A DNA stretch of 60,356 bases from a bacterium (GTDB lineage Bacteria > Patescibacteriota > Minisyncoccia > Phycocordibacterales > PALSA-1337), in the NCBI GenBank assembly GCA_025355565.1, contig JANXZK010000020.1:1-60356 (forward strand), given 5' to 3'. Made by a program: the position numbers and the translations under genes. Below, one piece after another: positions 16,989 to 27,600 of the stretch. The first letter of the stretch is position 1, and each line of letters begins with the position of its first letter. The notes under the pieces were generated by a model that was not told the origin of the DNA, ran no database searches, and worked only from the letters and a program-made list of their open reading frames with translations.

Positions 16989-17992
16989 TCATGCAAGCAG
17001 ACAATAGAGAGAAAGAAGCAGATCACGTCGCGAAGAGCATACATGAGCCAGTTCTTTTACAAGAAGTGATCGGGGGTTTGATAGAGGAGTCTGAATCATC
17101 TGGATCTAAAACTTCCAATATTCGATATCCAATATCCGGTCCATGGTATTTGGATGGAACACTAGGCGGTGCAGGACATGCTATAGCGATCGCCCGGGCA
17201 CTAGATGGAGATATGAATGTGATCGGGTTGGATCGAGACATCCAAGCGATCGATAGGGCACGCATCATATTGCCAGGCTCGGTAAATGGAAAGATCGTTC
17301 TCGAATGTGAGAACTTCCGTAACCTGGATAAAGTCCTTGAGACACACGGTATCTCAAGTGTAGACATGATCCTCCTAGACCTTGGTTTCTCATCTGATGA
17401 ATTGGAATCGTCCGAGAGAGGATTTTCATTTCAGAGAGATGAGCCACTACTCATGACTATGGGTGATCCGCATAGGCATCTCTTTACAGCTAGAGATATA
17501 GTCAATGGTTGGACAGAAGAGGATATCGCGAATGTGATATTTGGATACGGAGAAGAGAGATTCGCGAGGAGGATAGCGAGAGCTATCGTGAATTATAGAG
17601 CAAAGAAGAGGGTCGAGACGACATTTGAGTTGGTAGAGATCGTGAAGATGTCAGTTCCAGGATTTTACAGGAGAGGGAAGATAAATCCAGCCACAAAAAC
17701 ATTTCAAGCATTGCGTATCGCGGTCAATGATGAGTTGAATGCACTCAAGGATGGTTTGAAAAAAGGTTATGAAGCTTTGAATGATGGCGGACGCATGGGT
17801 GTGATCTCGTTTCATAGTTTAGAAGACAAGATAGTAAAAGATTTTTATAAAGAAAAAGCTATAGAGGGAGCAAATATCATCACAAAAAAACCAACGATCG
17901 CGAGTGATGAGGAGAGAGCAGTGAATCCACGGTCTAGAAGCGCGAAGTTGAGGATAATAGAGAAAAAATTTAATGAAATATCAAATAAATGA
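16985..17992 (+). CDS. rsmH: 16S rRNA m4C1402 methyltransferase
   Basis: HEPVL, DGTLGGAGH, FQALRIAVN, ISFHSLED, NPRSRSAKLR. Confidence 0.97.
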   Translation: MIMQADNREKEADHVAKSIHEPVLLQEVIGGLIEESESSGSKTSNIRYPISGPWYLDGTLGGAGHAIAIARALDGDMNVIGLDRDIQAIDRARIILPGSVNGKIVLECENFRNLDKVLETHGISSVDMILLDLGFSSDELESSERGFSFQRDEPLLMTMGDPHRHLFTARDIVNGWTEEDIANVIFGYGEERFARRIARAIVNYRAKKRVETTFELVEIVKMSVPGFYRRGKINPATKTFQALRIAVNDELNALKDGLKKGYEALNDGGRMGVISFHSLEDKIVKDFYKEKAIEGANIITKKPTIASDEERAVNPRSRSAKLRIIEKKFNEISNK

Positions 17993-18324
17993 CAAAAACA
18001 TTGATAAATACATACAATATAGCGAATGAATATAGGAGACATCTCATCTATGTTCTGATTTTCGGGTGTGCGCTAATGGTTGGTATATATATATTCAATG
18101 TGTATAGAGTTATCGCCACTACGATAGCATTGCAGAAGATCGAAACCCAATTGATTGCGACGGAGAATCAGGTTCAGAGTCTCGATTCCAGATATTTGGG
18201 CCTTTCTAGCCAGATCACACCAGATACTCTATCGAAACATGGCTTCACGACGGGCAAAGTCAGTCTCTATATCCCTCGCAATGCATCACTGGGTCGCGTA
18301 GCTTTAGTTGGACATGAATTATAG
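17989..18324 (+). CDS. FtsL-like cell division protein
   Basis: TM plus coiled coil, located between rsmH and the PBP gene. Confidence 0.65.
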   Translation: MTKTLINTYNIANEYRRHLIYVLIFGCALMVGIYIFNVYRVIATTIALQKIETQLIATENQVQSLDSRYLGLSSQITPDTLSKHGFTTGKVSLYIPRNASLGRVALVGHEL

Positions 18325-20047
18325 TCAACGTTTTCGGGCTAGGCTCATATATATAGGCATATTGGCAGTGGCGGTAGTTTTGATGATCTCACTTTATACG
18401 ACTCAGATAGTCAAAGGTGAGAGTTATCACATGAAGGCCGATAAGCAATATGTGAAACCGAGCGCGTCACTATTTGATAGAGGTACGATATTTTTCAGTT
18501 CCAAAGATGGCACCAAAGCTTCCGCCGCGGCGATCGGCAGTGGATATCTCATATATATGAATCCATCACAGATCGTGGACCATGCGCAAACATATGATGC
18601 GCTATCTCAATATGTCCAGTTGGACAGAGCAAGCTTTATCGTAAAAGCAACGAAAAAGGGTGATATGTATGAGGAACTGGTTCATAGAGTCCCGGAGGAT
18701 ATCGCCACGACAGTGAAGACGCTCGCGCTCACTGGTATCGGTGTCGTCAAGGAGACTTGGCGTACATATCCAGGCGGTTCTATCGCCGCACATGAGCTGG
18801 GTCTCGTTGGCGAGAATTCAACCTCTGGCGCGATCGAGGGCAGATACGGGCTTGAAAGCTCATATGAGAATGTGCTCGAAAGGGCGGGGGTTAGCAATTC
18901 GATGAATGTTTTTGCGCAACTCTTTTCTGGAGTGAAAGACGCAGTATTTGGTGGGTCGACTTTATCTGGTGACATCGTGACGACTATCGATCCGACGACT
19001 GAGAAGTATTTGGAAAAGATCTTGATGGAGACAGATGAAAAATGGAAACCTGATGAGATAGGTGGTATCGTCATGGATCCAAAAACAGGTGAGATCATCG
19101 CTATGTCGTCACTCCCATCATTCGACCCGAATGATACATCCAATGTAAAGAACGCAAAAGTCTTTTCCAATTCTTTGGTCGAACATGTCTATGAGATGGG
19201 GTCGATCATGAAACCATTGACGATGGCGATGGCATTGGACACAGGCGTGGAAACTCCGATCTCTACATACAACGATACTGGCACGCTCACTCTGAATACG
19301 AAAAAGATCTCAAATTATGATGGTAAAGCTAGGGGAGTGATACCGATGCAGGAGATACTCAGTCAATCATTGAATGTCGGTGCCGCGACGATCGCCATGA
19401 ATGTCGAACACAAGCTCGGTAATGGCACGATGTTCAAGTACTTTGATAGTTTTGGACTCGGGCAAAAGAGCGGCATCGATCAACCCAACGAAGCGACAGG
19501 CATCATCAGTAACCTAAAGTCTGGTCGTGATATCGAGATCGCTACGGGCGCGTACGGCCAAGGTATCGCGGTCTCGCCGGTCGAGATGGTCAGAGCTCTG
19601 GCAGTTCTCGCGAATGGTGGATATCTCATCACGCCACATCTGGTCCGTGAGATCGATCGGTTCGATGGGACGATCAAAAAGATAGATCCTGTAAAATCTG
19701 GTCCAGTATTGAAGAAACAAACCGTCGATGAAGTCACGAGTATGCTTATCAATGTCGTCGATCTCAAGATCGCCCTGGCGCACCCGGATATTCATTTTGA
19801 AAACTATTCTGTTGCGGCAAAGACTGGCACTGCTCAGATCGCTGATCATGTGAATGGCGGATATTATCCTGATAGGTATCTGCACTCGTTCTTTGGATAT
19901 TTCCCAGCGTATGATCCGAAATATATCGTATTCTTTTATCAGATATATCCAAAGGGTGCACAATATGCGTCTGACACCTTAACGACACCATTTAGTGAGA
20001 TGACAAAATTCTTGATCGATTATTATGATATCACTCCAGATAGGTAG
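18314..20047 (+). CDS. ftsI: Class B penicillin-binding protein (FtsI-like)
   Basis: EMGSIMK, SLN, KTGTAQ; dcw context. Confidence 0.9.
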   Translation: MNYSQRFRARLIYIGILAVAVVLMISLYTTQIVKGESYHMKADKQYVKPSASLFDRGTIFFSSKDGTKASAAAIGSGYLIYMNPSQIVDHAQTYDALSQYVQLDRASFIVKATKKGDMYEELVHRVPEDIATTVKTLALTGIGVVKETWRTYPGGSIAAHELGLVGENSTSGAIEGRYGLESSYENVLERAGVSNSMNVFAQLFSGVKDAVFGGSTLSGDIVTTIDPTTEKYLEKILMETDEKWKPDEIGGIVMDPKTGEIIAMSSLPSFDPNDTSNVKNAKVFSNSLVEHVYEMGSIMKPLTMAMALDTGVETPISTYNDTGTLTLNTKKISNYDGKARGVIPMQEILSQSLNVGAATIAMNVEHKLGNGTMFKYFDSFGLGQKSGIDQPNEATGIISNLKSGRDIEIATGAYGQGIAVSPVEMVRALAVLANGGYLITPHLVREIDRFDGTIKKIDPVKSGPVLKKQTVDEVTSMLINVVDLKIALAHPDIHFENYSVAAKTGTAQIADHVNGGYYPDRYLHSFFGYFPAYDPKYIVFFYQIYPKGAQYASDTLTTPFSEMTKFLIDYYDITPDR

Positions 20048-20139
20048 TATGGTTCCATGTGATATGGTAATGTTTAGTGGAGTAGAGATTAGTAGACAGT
20101 AAACCGTAAACAGGAGCTAGTAAATAGAAAGTGCCTGCC

Positions 20140-21453
20140 ATGCAATTTTTCAAGAAAATTCTGATATATATATTGATCCTCGAATCCAAGTTGATCGTCC
20201 GCAAATATCAACCTTTTGTCGTCGCTGTAACCGGTAGCGTGGGCAAGACTTCTACGAAGGATGCGATCTATTGTGTTCTGAAAGATGAGAGCAAATACGT
20301 GAGGAAGAGTGACAAAAGTATGAATAGCGAGATCGGTTTACCGCTTACTGTGATCGGTGTGCCAAATGCATGGCATAGTTTTGGAGGATGGTCGAGAAAT
20401 ATTTTTGAAGGTCTGAAACTGATCATGACTACCAGAGAATATCCGGATTGTCTCGTTCTAGAGATCGGTGCTGATCATCCGGGGGATATCAGTAGTATTG
20501 CTAAATGGTTGAAGCCGGATATCTCTGTTATCACCAAAGTCAGTAAAACTCCTGTTCATGTGGAATTCTTCAATTCTCCCGAACAAGTATTCGAAGAAAA
20601 AGCAACTCTCGCAACTGCTGTCAAAGAAGGAGGATCGCTCATATTGTTCGCCGATGATCCGGATGTTTCTTCACTTTCAGATAGGGTGAAGCGGAGAAAT
20701 GTGAGTGTACTCGGTTACGGGACTGTCGCGACTGCAAATGTCATCGGGCATGATCTCTCTATCGTTTATAAAACAGAAGGGGATCTGAGATTTCCGATCG
20801 GCACGAAATTCAATATCGATATTCACGGTGTTCCAACATCGGTGATGATCTCTGATGTTGTCGGAGAAACGTATCAGTATCCAATTTTGGCCGCCGCCGC
20901 TGTTGGGCTAGCGAGAGGTATTCATCGAGAGGCGATCATTACCAGTCTTGAGAGATATAATGCGCCTCATGGACGTATGAATGTTGTTCGTGGAATCAAT
21001 GATTCCACGATCATCGATGACACATACAATTCTTCACCTGACGCGACATCGGCGGCTCTGCGGACACTCCGATCGATCGAGGTTAGTGGTTCCAAAATAG
21101 CTGTTTTGGGTGACATGATGGAACTCGGCAAGTATTCTGCGGAAGAGCACAAGAAGATCGGTAGGGAAGTCGCCGGTATCGCGAATGTTCTCATCACTGT
21201 CGGACCCCGTTCACGTGCGACTGCTGACGAGGCTATCCGTGCCGGTATGGATTCGCGGCATGTCTACTCGTTCGATTCGTCCATCGATGTTGGAAAGGCT
21301 GGTATGCCAGTCGTGGTACGTGGGGATGTCATCCTGGTCAAGGGTTCTCAGTCTGTCCGGATGGAGCGCATCGTAAAGGCGCTCCTCAGGAATCCAGATC
21401 TATCTGCTGACTCGTTGGTGAGGCAGGAAAATGAATGGCTTGAAAAGGTCTGA
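20140..21453 (+). CDS. murF: UDP-MurNAc-tripeptide D-Ala-D-Ala ligase
   Basis: VTGSVGKTSTK, IDDTYNSSP, GDMMELG, VKGS. Confidence 0.92.
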   Translation: MQFFKKILIYILILESKLIVRKYQPFVVAVTGSVGKTSTKDAIYCVLKDESKYVRKSDKSMNSEIGLPLTVIGVPNAWHSFGGWSRNIFEGLKLIMTTREYPDCLVLEIGADHPGDISSIAKWLKPDISVITKVSKTPVHVEFFNSPEQVFEEKATLATAVKEGGSLILFADDPDVSSLSDRVKRRNVSVLGYGTVATANVIGHDLSIVYKTEGDLRFPIGTKFNIDIHGVPTSVMISDVVGETYQYPILAAAAVGLARGIHREAIITSLERYNAPHGRMNVVRGINDSTIIDDTYNSSPDATSAALRTLRSIEVSGSKIAVLGDMMELGKYSAEEHKKIGREVAGIANVLITVGPRSRATADEAIRAGMDSRHVYSFDSSIDVGKAGMPVVVRGDVILVKGSQSVRMERIVKALLRNPDLSADSLVRQENEWLEKV

Positions 21454-21521
21454 CTTTCATGTTATTGTTTTGTGGCACTGATTTTTCATTTTGATATTTG
21501 CGTATTTGGATAGGCACTACA

Positions 21522-21570
21522 TGGCTCTATCGTCCCTGCCTGCCGGCAGTCAGGTAATGGTTAGGACACG
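21522..21570 (+). repeat. Duplicated tRNA-Glu 5' end interrupted by a 20-bp palindrome
   Basis: TGGCTCTATCGTC [CCTGCCTGCCGGCAGTCAGG] TAATGGTTAGGACACG; flanks identical to 21815-21843. Confidence 0.9.
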
Positions 21571-21579
21571 TTCATTCAC

Positions 21580-21837
21580 ATGTTTTATGTTTATATGATA
21601 AAAAGCATAAATAATGATTGGTATTATGTCGGGTCGACAAAGGATATCAAGGCTCGACTCGGGAAGCATAACAGTGGAGGAGTCACGTCAACAAAGATGC
21701 GCCGTCCTTATCTATTGGTATATTCTGAATCATTCAGTACAATAGATGGTGCGCGAAGAAGGGAGAAACGAATAAAGAGTAGTCGCAGTGTAAAAGAGGA
21801 TATAATAAAGAAATTGGCTCTATCGTCTAATGGTTAG
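21580..21837 (+). CDS. Small GIY-YIG nuclease overlapping the tRNA-Glu 5' end
   Basis: YVYMIKS..YYVGST..RLGKHN..REKRIK. Confidence 0.9.
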   Translation: MFYVYMIKSINNDWYYVGSTKDIKARLGKHNSGGVTSTKMRRPYLLVYSESFSTIDGARRREKRIKSSRSVKEDIIKKLALSSNG

Positions 21838-21887
21838 GACACGGCCTTCTCAAGGCTGGAATCGGGGTTCGACTCCCCGTAGAGTCA
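21816..21887 (+). tRNA. tRNA-Glu(CTC)
   Basis: GGCTCTA..CGGCC TT CTC AA GGCTG..TTCGACT..TAGAGTCA. Confidence 0.95.
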
Positions 21888-21946
21888 CAAAAATTGAACG
21901 AACAATGTGAGTGAGATTTTCGTGACTCTGAAGAAGCGCAGCTTAT

Positions 21947-22315
21947 AAAGGCAGCACTCTTACCGAGCCTGATACGGCTGCGGTGCTTTTCGATAACGCT
22001 GAGGTGCCTGATAAGAGTCTGACCGAACAGCTCGAAGCGAAGAATCACCAGACTGCCTTGAATTATCTTTTCGACCATATCGAAAAAGGCGAAAAGATCG
22101 ACGAGAATCTAATCCTCAAGCTCCACAGTATTCTCATGAACGCCATGCTTCTACAGGCAAATATTGCACCTGCGATTATTCGTCAGGAGCAGAAGCGTCT
22201 TTACTACGCTTATCTCTACAAGGCACAAACCAAAGAAGACTTGAGTCAGCTTGAGGATTTTCTCTGTGAAGTCATCATGGATGGGTTTGCGATATTGAAG
22301 AGGAAAGACAAATAA
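21947..22315 (+). pseudogene. Fic-family remnant lacking its 5' end and catalytic motif
   Basis: GSTLTEPDT..EAKNHQTAL..ILKLHSILMN joined to AMLLQAN..YYAYL; no HPFxDGNGR. Confidence 0.75.
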
Positions 22316-22466
22316 TATTTATTAGCCTATTGCTTGGTATATATTGGCGATAATATATTGGTTTATCGTCGTGACTCTACGATCAAGAAGTCTCCGAATT
22401 GCATTGATATTACAAATGGGTAACCATGGTTGACCTTTCAATCGTATAGTTATATCCTTCCATTAT

Positions 22467-22883
22467 ATGACGAAAAATACATACAAATACTTATACATTA
22501 CGTCGACCATATTGACCATATTTGTGGCTGTCCTTTTGCTCGCACCAGGTGGTGCTCATGCGCAATATTACGGCGGTTATAATTACCAAAATTACGGCAA
22601 CAATTATGGCAATTATGGCTATGATAATGGCTATTCAAACTATTATAATAACTATAATGGTGGCTATTCTAACTACTATGACAACTATAGAAATGGTAGC
22701 TGTTGCGGCTATGTAAATCAGCCAACATACGTATATCAGCAGCCGTATTATGTTTCGGCGCCATATTATTCATACCCTTCATATTCCTACTCCTATTATC
22801 CTGACTACTCATATTCGTATCCGTCATATTCTTATCAGAATTACTATAATTACAGCTACGGTCATGGCTATCGGGGATGGTAA
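22467..22883 (+). CDS. Secreted Tyr/Asn/Gly/Ser-rich low-complexity protein
   Basis: Signal peptide ending AHA-Q, followed by YGN/YNN/YSY repeats. Confidence 0.8.
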   Translation: MTKNTYKYLYITSTILTIFVAVLLLAPGGAHAQYYGGYNYQNYGNNYGNYGYDNGYSNYYNNYNGGYSNYYDNYRNGSCCGYVNQPTYVYQQPYYVSAPYYSYPSYSYSYYPDYSYSYPSYSYQNYYNYSYGHGYRGW

Positions 22884-22933
22884 GATTTGCGTTAGCAGTG
22901 CACTATTTGCAACCGCATCACTCTTCCTGTAGT

Positions 22934-24523
22934 ATGAAAAGTATGTCAATATTTTCATATATACGTAAACACGTAGTTATTTCGACTGTTATCGTCCTGG
23001 TGGTGGTCATTGTCGCCATCATTGCTGGTAGGGCGGCTTCATCGGTTGCTCCAGCAATCAATGACTCTGGTGCGAAACAGGTCACGTTGGTGAACATTGC
23101 GTCATTTCGCAGAGGAAATATCGCGATTTCAGCTGACGGAGTCATCGAGGCACGTTCACAGGCAGATCTTCGCAGTCAGATGTCCGCACCCGTTTCGACC
23201 ATCGACGTTTCGCTCGGAGGTCGAGTATATCAAGGTCAAGTCATCCTCGAACTTCAAAATGCTGATACTCGCGCGCAACTCGCGCAAGCCGAAGCATCTC
23301 TAGCTCTGGCACAGAGTCAATTCTCGACTGGCGCGGTGTCATTGGACTCGGCAAAACAGAATGTCTTGGACAAGATACGAGATGCATATATCAAGACCAA
23401 TGACGCTATCACTTCGCAGGCAGATACTATTCTATACAACAATGATGGAAATGGCGGAAGATTGACTTCGTATTCTACAGATGCGGCGATGTATTCTGAG
23501 ATAACTACAGCTGACATCGATCTGCGATCAGGTCTCGTGACATGGAAGAATACGATCGCGAATCTCAGTTCTGACAGCAGTACGGATATCATACAGAATG
23601 CGATCAAGCTCGCTACGAAGAATATGTCAACGGCTGATATATTGTTAAATGATATGTCCAAAATATTGAATGATGTGTCGACATACGCGACGCCTTCATT
23701 TTCAGTGACGGTGAATGCTTGGAAAGCGGCGATCTCTGGAGCTCACGCTTCTCTCTCTGGCGCGGCTCAATCATTGACAGCGGCAAAGATGACATTGGAT
23801 ACCATGATCTCTTCGCAGAACGGTACAGCCAACGCGCAGATCTCTGTCGCGCAGGCTGGTGTGCGCAATCTCGAGGCTCAGTTGGCAAAAACGATAGTCA
23901 GATCACCGATCAGTGGTAAAGTGTCTGCTCTGCCGCTCCGAGAAGGGGAACTCGCTTCTCCAGGTACGCTACTCGCGACGATCATAGGAAATGATAGTGG
24001 CATCGAGATCAAAGCATACGTGAGTGGTGAGGATCTAGCTCGAGTCGCAGTCGGTTCATCAGTCATCGTGCAAAGACGAGTGTCACAAAGTGATATGAAT
24101 GCGTCGTCTACTCCGATCATGGGAACGGTTTCAAATATTGCCCCAGGTGTCGATCCTTTGACAAAGAAGGCGGAGGTTGTCATCGAGATCGGAGATTCTG
24201 TGAATTCTGGGTTGATCATCGGTCAGAATGTCACAGTCTCGATCCTGATGTCGAAGGACGTGTCATCGTCGATATTGCAGACTAAAGTGCCATCAGGATC
24301 ACAAACCATCACATATCTCTTGCCGATTCAGGACGTGAAGATCATCCCTGGAGCGGCATACGTTTTTACCGTCGATGCGAGTTCAAAGATCGTACGTAAT
24401 GACGTCACACTAGGCGCGGTGAGAGGTGATTTTATCGAAGTTGTGAAAGGTCTGAATGACGCGATGGATATCATCACCCCTGTCTATGAATTGGAAGAGG
24501 GTCAGACGGTGGTTGTAGAATAG
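22934..24523 (+). CDS. RND efflux adaptor (HlyD/MFP family)
   Basis: N-terminal TM, lipoyl halves (VRSPISGKV), long alpha hairpin; adjacent to the RND gene. Confidence 0.9.
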   Translation: MKSMSIFSYIRKHVVISTVIVLVVVIVAIIAGRAASSVAPAINDSGAKQVTLVNIASFRRGNIAISADGVIEARSQADLRSQMSAPVSTIDVSLGGRVYQGQVILELQNADTRAQLAQAEASLALAQSQFSTGAVSLDSAKQNVLDKIRDAYIKTNDAITSQADTILYNNDGNGGRLTSYSTDAAMYSEITTADIDLRSGLVTWKNTIANLSSDSSTDIIQNAIKLATKNMSTADILLNDMSKILNDVSTYATPSFSVTVNAWKAAISGAHASLSGAAQSLTAAKMTLDTMISSQNGTANAQISVAQAGVRNLEAQLAKTIVRSPISGKVSALPLREGELASPGTLLATIIGNDSGIEIKAYVSGEDLARVAVGSSVIVQRRVSQSDMNASSTPIMGTVSNIAPGVDPLTKKAEVVIEIGDSVNSGLIIGQNVTVSILMSKDVSSSILQTKVPSGSQTITYLLPIQDVKIIPGAAYVFTVDASSKIVRNDVTLGAVRGDFIEVVKGLNDAMDIITPVYELEEGQTVVVE

Positions 24524-24612
24524 ATCCATCTGGACCAGTGTCTTTCGTAAGATCAGATGATCAGGCTCTCGGATCGGTTCAATAGATTATAAGTGATAAA
24601 TATTCTTCAAGT

Positions 24613-27600
24613 ATGAACAACAAAGAACATTCATCAGACAGTAAATATCTGGAGCGCTTGACATTCCGACCAGAGCTGCGAAAAACATGGCTAAATTTCT
24701 TTGTATCAAATTTCCGCGTGGTAGTTCTCATCATTATACTCATAACCGCATGGGGATTGTATTCATTCTTTAGTTTGCCACGTGAATCGAGTCCAGAAGT
24801 GAAGATCCCGATCGCTATAGTGACGACAGTGTATCCCGGAGCATCGCCGACAGACGTGGAACAGTTCGTGACGAAAAAGATAGAAACACAGCTTTCAGGA
24901 TTGAAAGGATTGAACAAGCTCACTTCAAATTCATACAATTCTATCTCTGCCATCACTGTCGAATTCAACGCCAATGCTGACATAGAGAGTTCCATTCAGT
25001 TACTGCGTAATTCTGTCGATAATGCCAAGCCGAACATCTCTACTGATGCCAAAGATCCGGTAGTCACGGAGATCTCTCTCGATGACATGCCTGTCTGGTC
25101 TATCTCGATAACAGGGCCATATGACGCGTTCACTTTGCGTAAATATGCGGAAGATATTCAGACTGAATTGGAGAAAATACCTGGTGTACGTCAGATCAAT
25201 ATTTCTGGCGGAGATGAAAAGGAATTTGAAGTAGCATATCGACCAGACAAGCTGTTATTTTATGGGATAAATATATCCACCGCGAACAGTGCCATATTGG
25301 CCGCCAATTCAGCTATACCGGCTGGAAACTTTGAGACTGGCACGTTCATCGTGCCTATACGTTCAGATGAATCATTGAATGATGTGACAGAGATCAGCAA
25401 TGTGCCTGTGTCGCATTCCTCGGATGGCAGTATCGTGTATCTAAAAGATATCGCGGCGGTCAGTGAAAAAGCTGTGAAGAAGACAACATATTCACGTCTC
25501 TCGAGTGCCGGATCGGAACCAAAGAATGCGGTGACCTTATCTATCATAAAACGTCAAGGATCGTCTGTGTTGGATACTGTCGATACTGCAAAAGCAACTG
25601 TGGAAAAGATGGTCAAACAATTGCCTCCAGGTATCACATATAGCATTGTCGGTAAGGATCTAGCCAAAGTGGTGAGGCATGACTTTACTCAGCTGTCTGA
25701 CGACTTCTTACTTACAGTCTTGCTCGTATCGATCATCCTATTTCTCATCGTCGGTTTGAAGGAGGCCTTCGTCGCTGGTATCGCCATACCACTGGTATTT
25801 TTCGTTTCGTTCGGATGTCTGCTATTGCTCGGAATATCACTCAATTTCCTCTCACTCTTTTCACTGATATTGGCTCTCGGACTCTTGGTCGATGATGCGA
25901 TCGTCGTCGTCTCCGCGACCAAACAATATCTGAATACCGGGAAATTCACACCCGAAGAAGCCGTGCTCCTAGTATTGAATGACTTCAAATGGGTACTCAC
26001 GACCACAACTCTCGCCACAGTCTGGGCGTTCTTACCGCTACTATTCGCGAGCGGTATCATTGGACAGTATCTAAAATCGATCCCAGTTACAGTTTCGATC
26101 ACTTTGGTTGCATCGCTCTTGATCGCTCTCATGATCAACCATCCTCTCGCCGCTGTTCTCGAGCGCATCCGTCTCACAAGGAGATTCTTTTTCATTATCG
26201 AATTTGTCCTGATCGTGATCGCAGGAATATTGTTCTTCACAGGAGGAACGTTGGCATATGTAGTTGGGGTGCTCCTCATCATGATAGAGGGGTATCTCAT
26301 ATGGTGGTATGAACGAGGCGGGAAGCCAAGGTTGGCCGAAAATAGACTATTGACTGATAGGGAATGGGAGAGCGATGATCTCATCAAAGAAAAGCTCCGC
26401 CAGCAGGGGAGTCGTGATCACGAAAATATGAGTGGACGGCTGATGCATGGCATCATCAATTTTCATCGTTTCTTGCCTGTTTACGAGCTTTCGTTCCGAC
26501 ACTATATCCTGGACAAAAAACGCCGTCGACGCGTGCTGACTTTCGTTTTTGTATTATTCGTTCTAGCGATCGCACTAGTCCCGACGGGTTTCGTTAAAAG
26601 CGTTTTTTTCCCGATCCAAGATAGTGATTATGTCTATATCGATATGCGTACCCCTGTTGGTACCAATCTGACTGAGACGAGCAGGCGTGTGGAAGCCGTC
26701 GAAACGAAGCTGATGAGTTACAAAGATATCGACAATTTCTCTACGATCATCGGTTCGGCTAGTCCCAATTCTGGGTCTTTCGGAGCTGGGGCGGGAAGTG
26801 GATCAAATCTGGCCTCTATATCGATCATCTTGAAGGATGCATCGATGCGTTCTATGAAATCGTATGATTTTGCTGACAAACTCCGTGCCGACTTGATCGG
26901 GACACAAGGAATGGAAGTCAATGTTTCCACATTGGCTGGTGGTCCGCCGTCTGGTGCCGCGTTTGAGGCCCATATAGCAGGAGATGATCTAGATACTCTC
27001 TCGGGAATAGTCCGTAATTTGAAACCGATATTGTCATCTATCCCAGGCGTGGTAAATGTGAGCGTCTCACAGAAAGAGTCCGTACCAGAGTACACATTTG
27101 ATCTGAATCCGGCCGCGATGGAACAAAATAATCTGAATGCCGCTGTCGTCGGTTCCGCTCTGCGCACGGCTGTCTCTGGTGTCGAGCTCACGAAGATCGT
27201 CGAAGGGGATAAGGAAGTTCAATTGGTCGCCATATTTGATCAAAACTCCTTACCGAATCTCGCTTCTATCCAAAATTTACAGATATTAAATACAAAGGGG
27301 GCACCTGTATATCTAAAAGATGTTGCGAATATAGGATTAAAACCAGCTGTCGATGTCATCACCCGCATCGATCAAAAGCGAACGATCATCTTGTCTGGCG
27401 GTGCCAATTCAACGACTAACGGCCAAGCGATCCTGACAGCCTTTCAGAAGAAATTGACAAGCTATAATTTGCCTCAGGGGTACTCGATAACATATGGAGG
27501 TGAGAATGAACAGAATGCGGAGTCTGTCGCTTCCGTCCTCCGTGCCATGGTGATCGCGCTCGTCCTCATCGTCGCTACGCTCATCATTCAATTCAATTCT

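Noticed and set aside
21522-21887. tRNA intron encoding a homing endonuclease
   Set aside because: The downstream tRNA is complete and uninterrupted; the upstream part is a duplicate, not an exon.
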